A DNA stretch of 64,000 bases from Octopus vulgaris (Eukaryota): contig OX597836.1 of assembly GCA_951406725.2 (NCBI GenBank), forward strand, positions 34,720,001-34,784,000. The letters are read 5' to 3'. The notes under the pieces were generated by a model. It was given only the letters and a program-made list of their open reading frames with translations. It had not been told where the DNA came from and did not search any database. The position numbers and the translations under genes are program-made. Every line of letters begins with the position of its first letter. The first letter of the stretch is position 1. This document shows positions 59,191-64,000 of the stretch, piece after piece.

Positions 59191-60774
59191 TCGAGAAAGT
59201 AACTTTACTATTTAACTGGTACTTGAGCCAAAATTATAAAAAATTAAGGCGGTGCCCCAGCCTGGCCGCAGTCACAGGACTGAAACAAGTAGAAGACTAA
59301 AATAGTAACTATATGACAGTTCTAACATGCTAGTTAAATAATTGGGGGAAAAAGGTATGAAAAAAAATAACGTGAGTTACTTCCCTTGTAAAGAAATCGA
59401 AACTGATAAGAGTTACCTCCCTTAAGCTTTTATCTTTTATTCTTTATCATTTTATCTTTTATTCTTTATCATTTGCGGCCATGCAGTACCAGTTATGCAC
59501 CGGGGTCGATGTAATCGACTTAATCCGTTTGTCTGTCCTTGTTTGTCCTCCCTGTGTGTAGGCCCTTGTGGGTAGTAAAGAAATAGGTTATGTTGAGATG
59601 TGTGGCACTATGCAATGGCCCTCCGTTCTGTGGACGTTATTCAGTGTATGAGTATTTGTGCTTGTGTATGTGTTTGTGTGAGTGTGTGTGCGTACGTGTG
59701 CATGCTTGTGTGTCTGTGTGTCTTTGTGTGTACGTTTTTGAGTATGTGCGTGTACGTGTGTGCGTGTGTGCGTGTGCGTGCGCGTGTGCGTGCGTGTGTG
59801 TGTGCTTCTGTGTTTGTATGTGTGTGTGTGTCTGTGTGCTTGTGTGTGTATGTTTGTGTGTATGTATGTGTGCGTGTGTGCGTGTGTTTGTGTGTGTGTC
59901 TTTATATCTATGTATGCGTGTGGGAGTACGTCTTTGCTTATGTCCATGCGATCAAAACAGTTCTGTAACACGAATCGATCGAATACATTACCGGACTTTA
60001 CAAAAAAAAAATAAATACCAATGGTCGATTTATTTAACTAGAAACCCATCAGTGTGTTAAACGAAATGTGCTAACCATTCGGCAGTTCCTTGTTTTGTCT
60101 TATTCCAACCGTTTGCCATTCTTCCCGAAATAACATTTCGAAGAACCGGGCGACAGCAGCCTCTGGTGATAATATGAATTACCTCCCTTAACATCATTTT
60201 TTTCTTCTTAAATATGCTGAGTTGTCTCCCCTACGCCGTGTGGTTCCACGGCAACACAAATATATATTTATATATCAACAAATGATTTTATTGTTCTATA
60301 TATTTGTTTTGTTTTCTTTTTTTTTTTCGTTGTTTTAGTTTTATTGAAATTATTCGTTTCATTCTTTTTTTCGTTTTCTCTCGTTTTGCCTCCGGGTTTT
60401 TTTTTTTTGTTCCTTTCTTTCGGTGAGCCTAAGACTTTTTTTTTTTGCATTTCAATTTCATTTCACCTTTTGTAAATCTATTTGTTATTGAAATTCCTCT
60501 CTCAGACACGCAAAAGTATTCGTGTAAAATCGTCCGTTTTTCCGTCCTTGTTTCGTATACATTCGAAGATTTTTCCCAAGGAATCTAATGCACTTAGCTT
60601 AGTTTTTCCTTGGGGCTGGCCAAATTGGAGCAATCTCAAGATTAATCAGCCGACGAAATTGCGAAGATGATCCGGTTCTTGACTGAAGATTGAAGGCTTC
60701 AAATTTCCCGTCCGTGTTTTTTGTATCGTCTTCTAAATGTTTCACGTTCTTGTCCCAGTTTGTATTTATTTATA

Positions 60775-61162
60775 CTCTCTTTACTCTTTACTTGTTTCAG
60801 TCATTTGACTGCGGCCATGCTGGAGCACCGCCTTTAGTCGAGCAAATCGACCCCGGGACTTATTCTTTGTAAGCCCAGTACTTATTCTATCAGTCTCTTT
60901 TGCCGAACCGCTAAGTAACGGAGACGTAAACACACCAGCATCGGTTGTCAAGCAATGCTAGGGAGACAAACACAGACACACAAACACACACACACATACA
61001 TATATATATACATATATACGACGGGCTTCTTTCAGTTTCCGTCTACCGAATCCACTCACAAGGCTTTGGTTGGCCCGAGGCTATAGTAGAAGACACTTGC
61101 CCAAGGTGCCATGCAGTAGGACTGAACTCGGAACCATGTGGTTGGTTAGAGCCACTCCTGCG
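60775..61162 (-). mobile_element. SINE family A
   Basis: Head to tail. Confidence 0.92.
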
Positions 61163-61165
61163 CAT

Positions 61166-61243
<78 letters not shown>

Positions 61244-61277
61244 CAAACTGGGACAAGAACGCAAAACATTTAGAAGA

Positions 61278-61344
<67 letters not shown>

Positions 61345-61869
61345 CATATATATATATATACATATATATATACATATATATACATATATATACATACATA
61401 CATACATACATACATACATACATACATACATACATACATACATACATACATACATACATACATACATACATACATACATACATACATACATACATGCAGA
61501 CACACACATTCCATACATGTTTGTATATACATACATGTACATATTCCGTTGACTTTTAAGTATCCCAATTTGTTATTACTGTTGTTAGATGTTATCTAAG
61601 TCCAAGTCCATTATATTATTTAGTATTTATTATATCGTTTGTAGGAAATATAAATTCGGAGAAGAAGTATGCTCTAAGATATAGAACGGTGTATATGTTG
61701 TTTTTTTTTAAATTTAAATCTAAAAAATTTTAAAACCAGCCTTCCCCATCTTGAAAAATATTTTTAATGAGTGTGGAGCGGGGGTGTATATATGTATGGA
61801 TATATGCATGTGTGTGTGTGTGGGTGGGTGGGTGTGTGCTCGTGACAGCACATTCTGATAATGGTATTA

Positions 61870-61928
61870 ACGACGACGTCGAAGGTGGTGATGAAGGTTG
61901 TAACGGTGATGAGGATGATGATGATGGA

Positions 61929-61992
<64 letters not shown>

Positions 61993-62109
61993 GTGCTGGT
62001 GATGGTGCTGGTGGTGGTAGTGGTGGTGGTGATGATGATGATGGTGGTGGTTGATGATGAAGATGATGATGATGATGATAACATTGGTGATGATGACGAC
62101 GACGACGAC

Positions 62110-62142
<33 letters not shown>

Positions 62143-62215
62143 AGTGATGAGGACGTTGATGATGATGACGATGATGATGATGATGATGATGATGATAGTA
62201 ATGATGGTGATGGTA
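61870..62215. repeat. (GAT)n/(GGT)n trinucleotide region
   Basis: Seen directly. Confidence 0.95.
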
Positions 62216-62362
62216 GTCGAGCAAATCGACCCCAGGACTTATTCTTTGTAAGCCTAGTACTTATTCTATCAGTCTCTTTTGCCGAACCGCTAAGTTACGG
62301 GGATATATACACACCAGCATCGGTTGTCAAACGATGTTAGGGAGACAAACACAGACACACAA

Positions 62363-62453
<91 letters not shown>

Positions 62454-62773
62454 TTGTCCCAAAAGTTCGTAAACACTTGCGAAAATTGACTAATTGACTA
62501 TAACTATATAAACCCAAACAAACAATTAAAAATTGCATAAAAATTCAAATTTTCGCAAAGTTTTTACGAACTTTTGGGACAACCTTATATATATATATAC
62601 ACATATATACGACGGGCTTCTTTCAGTTTCCGTCTACGAAATCCACTCACAAGGCTTTGGTCGGCTCGAGGCTATAGTAGAAGACACTTGCCCAAGGTGC
62701 CACGCAGTGGGACTGAACCCGGAACCATGTGGTTGGTAAGCAAGCTACTTACCACACAGCCACTCCTGCGCCT
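62215..62773 (-). mobile_element. SINE family A interrupted by a MITE
   Basis: Two halves flank 62451-62585. Confidence 0.9.
62451..62585. mobile_element. 135 bp Tc1/mariner-type MITE
   Basis: TIRs AGGTTGTCCCAAAAGTTCGTAAA / TTTACGAACTTTTGGGACAACCT; inserted in a TA tract. Confidence 0.88.
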
Positions 62774-63420
62774 ATATGTATATATATATATATCTGAAGG
62801 GGTACTTCTGAGTTCTTTTACAGGGCTTAGAAAAAGCTGAAGGACTGCTGCAATAAGCATGTGAATTTGAGAGGGGAAATATGTTGAACAAAATCATAAT
62901 TAAGTGATCCTCCTGTATTTTCCTTTACCCAAAGCCAGGAAATTTTCAGAACCCCTTCATATTTTAGCAAAGAAGACCCGTTCGAAAGAGGAACCCTTTG
63001 CAGTGTGCAAGAGAGAAGAAGGAAATAATGGAGACATATGATGTTATATAGAATATGGCAGTTGGGTAAGGAAGAGTCGGGTGACGCGAGGGATCAAGAA
63101 ATTTTGAATGACAAGGATGAAATGGGGGCAAGATTAGTGAGGGTTGGGTTGGCAGAAGATGATCCCAGAAGGAAGAATCTTCTGATAGAGGATAAGGAAC
63201 TGCAATGAATGGTAAGGCGTTGTGCTGGAGAAGTGACTTCCAGACTATACAACAATGGAAAAGAGAAAAAAAAACCCCACATAAAAATGGTAATGATGAG
63301 TATGAGTGTGTATTCTTGTGTTTGTGTGTGTGTGACTGTATATATGTGCACATCTAGGCATATATGCCTATGTGCAAATGCATGTGTGTATGAGTGTATA
63401 TGTACATACATATATATATG

Positions 63421-63502
<82 letters not shown>

Positions 63503-63507
<5 letters not shown>

Positions 63508-63817
63508 TCATCATCATCATCATCATCATTTAGCGTCCGCTTTCCATGCTAGCATGGGTTGGACGGTTCAACTGGGGTCTGGGAAGCTGGAAGGCTTCGT
63601 CGGGCCCAGTCAGATCTGGCAGGGTTTCTACGGCTGGATGCCCTTCCTAACGCCAACCACTCCGTAGGTGTAGTGGGTGCTTTTTACGTGCCACCCGCAC
63701 AGGTGCCAGACAGAGCTGGCAAACGGCCACGAGCGGATGGTGCTTTTACGTGTCACCGGCACAGGGGCCAGGCGAGGCTGGCAACGAACACGAACGGATG
63801 GTGCTTTTACGTGCCAT
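63503..63817 (-). mobile_element. SINE with (TGA)n tail and ~62 bp internal tandem repeats
   Basis: Minus strand GGTTGGCGTTAGGAAGGGCATCCAGCCGTAGAAAC (resembles a conserved SINE central domain); GGTGCTTTTACGTG three times. Confidence 0.75.
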
Positions 63818-63888
63818 ATATATATAACACATAAATGTGAAACAAGGTGGAGAAAAGAGTACTCAAATACCAGGGGTAGAGTAATATG

Positions 63889-64000
63889 CTTTATTTAAAA
63901 GCAGCAGAAATTCAGCAAAACCTGTTACTTGGAGTTTCACGTTCCTGTTCGTCAGTCCGAGTAACAGGTTTTGATGAATTTCTGCAGCTTTTAAATAAAG
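63889..64000 (-). ncRNA. Hammerhead core in the loop of a 45 bp or longer inverted repeat
   Basis: Minus strand CUGACGA-AC-AGGAAC-GU-GAAA-CUCCAAG-UA (63955-63926); arms 63889-63933 and 63956-64000. Confidence 0.6.

Noticed and set aside
60645-60710. CCGACGA and CUGAAGA strings
   Set aside because: No correctly placed GAAA or stem II

Overview
Repeat-saturated, AT-rich non-coding DNA from a large animal genome. The SINE families, the vast (TA)n/(CA)n/(TACA)n/(GATA)n tracts and the TE mix point to an octopod cephalopod (inference from remembered repeat families, not a database search). I recognise no host protein-coding exon; almost all ORFs in the track are microsatellite translations. The real coding remnants are transposon-derived: a near full-length Tc1 element, mariner, CR1/L2-type, RTE, RTE-X, R4/Dong and Penelope (GIY-YIG) fragments. 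There is also a Helitron nested in a mariner MITE, several MITEs, and a three-level 10/111-121/343 bp CpG-rich satellite. The most notable signal is a set of about a dozen type-I hammerhead-ribozyme-like motifs from several unrelated short, Penelope-like repeat families. These include 3-8 covariant cores, an A6U core, and a pair of identical hammerheads in a 162 bp direct repeat that brackets a complete SINE. A second SINE family recurs with a fixed head-to-tail junction defining a 184 nt unit. All structures were read by eye, and element boundaries are approximate unless TIR/TSD are given.
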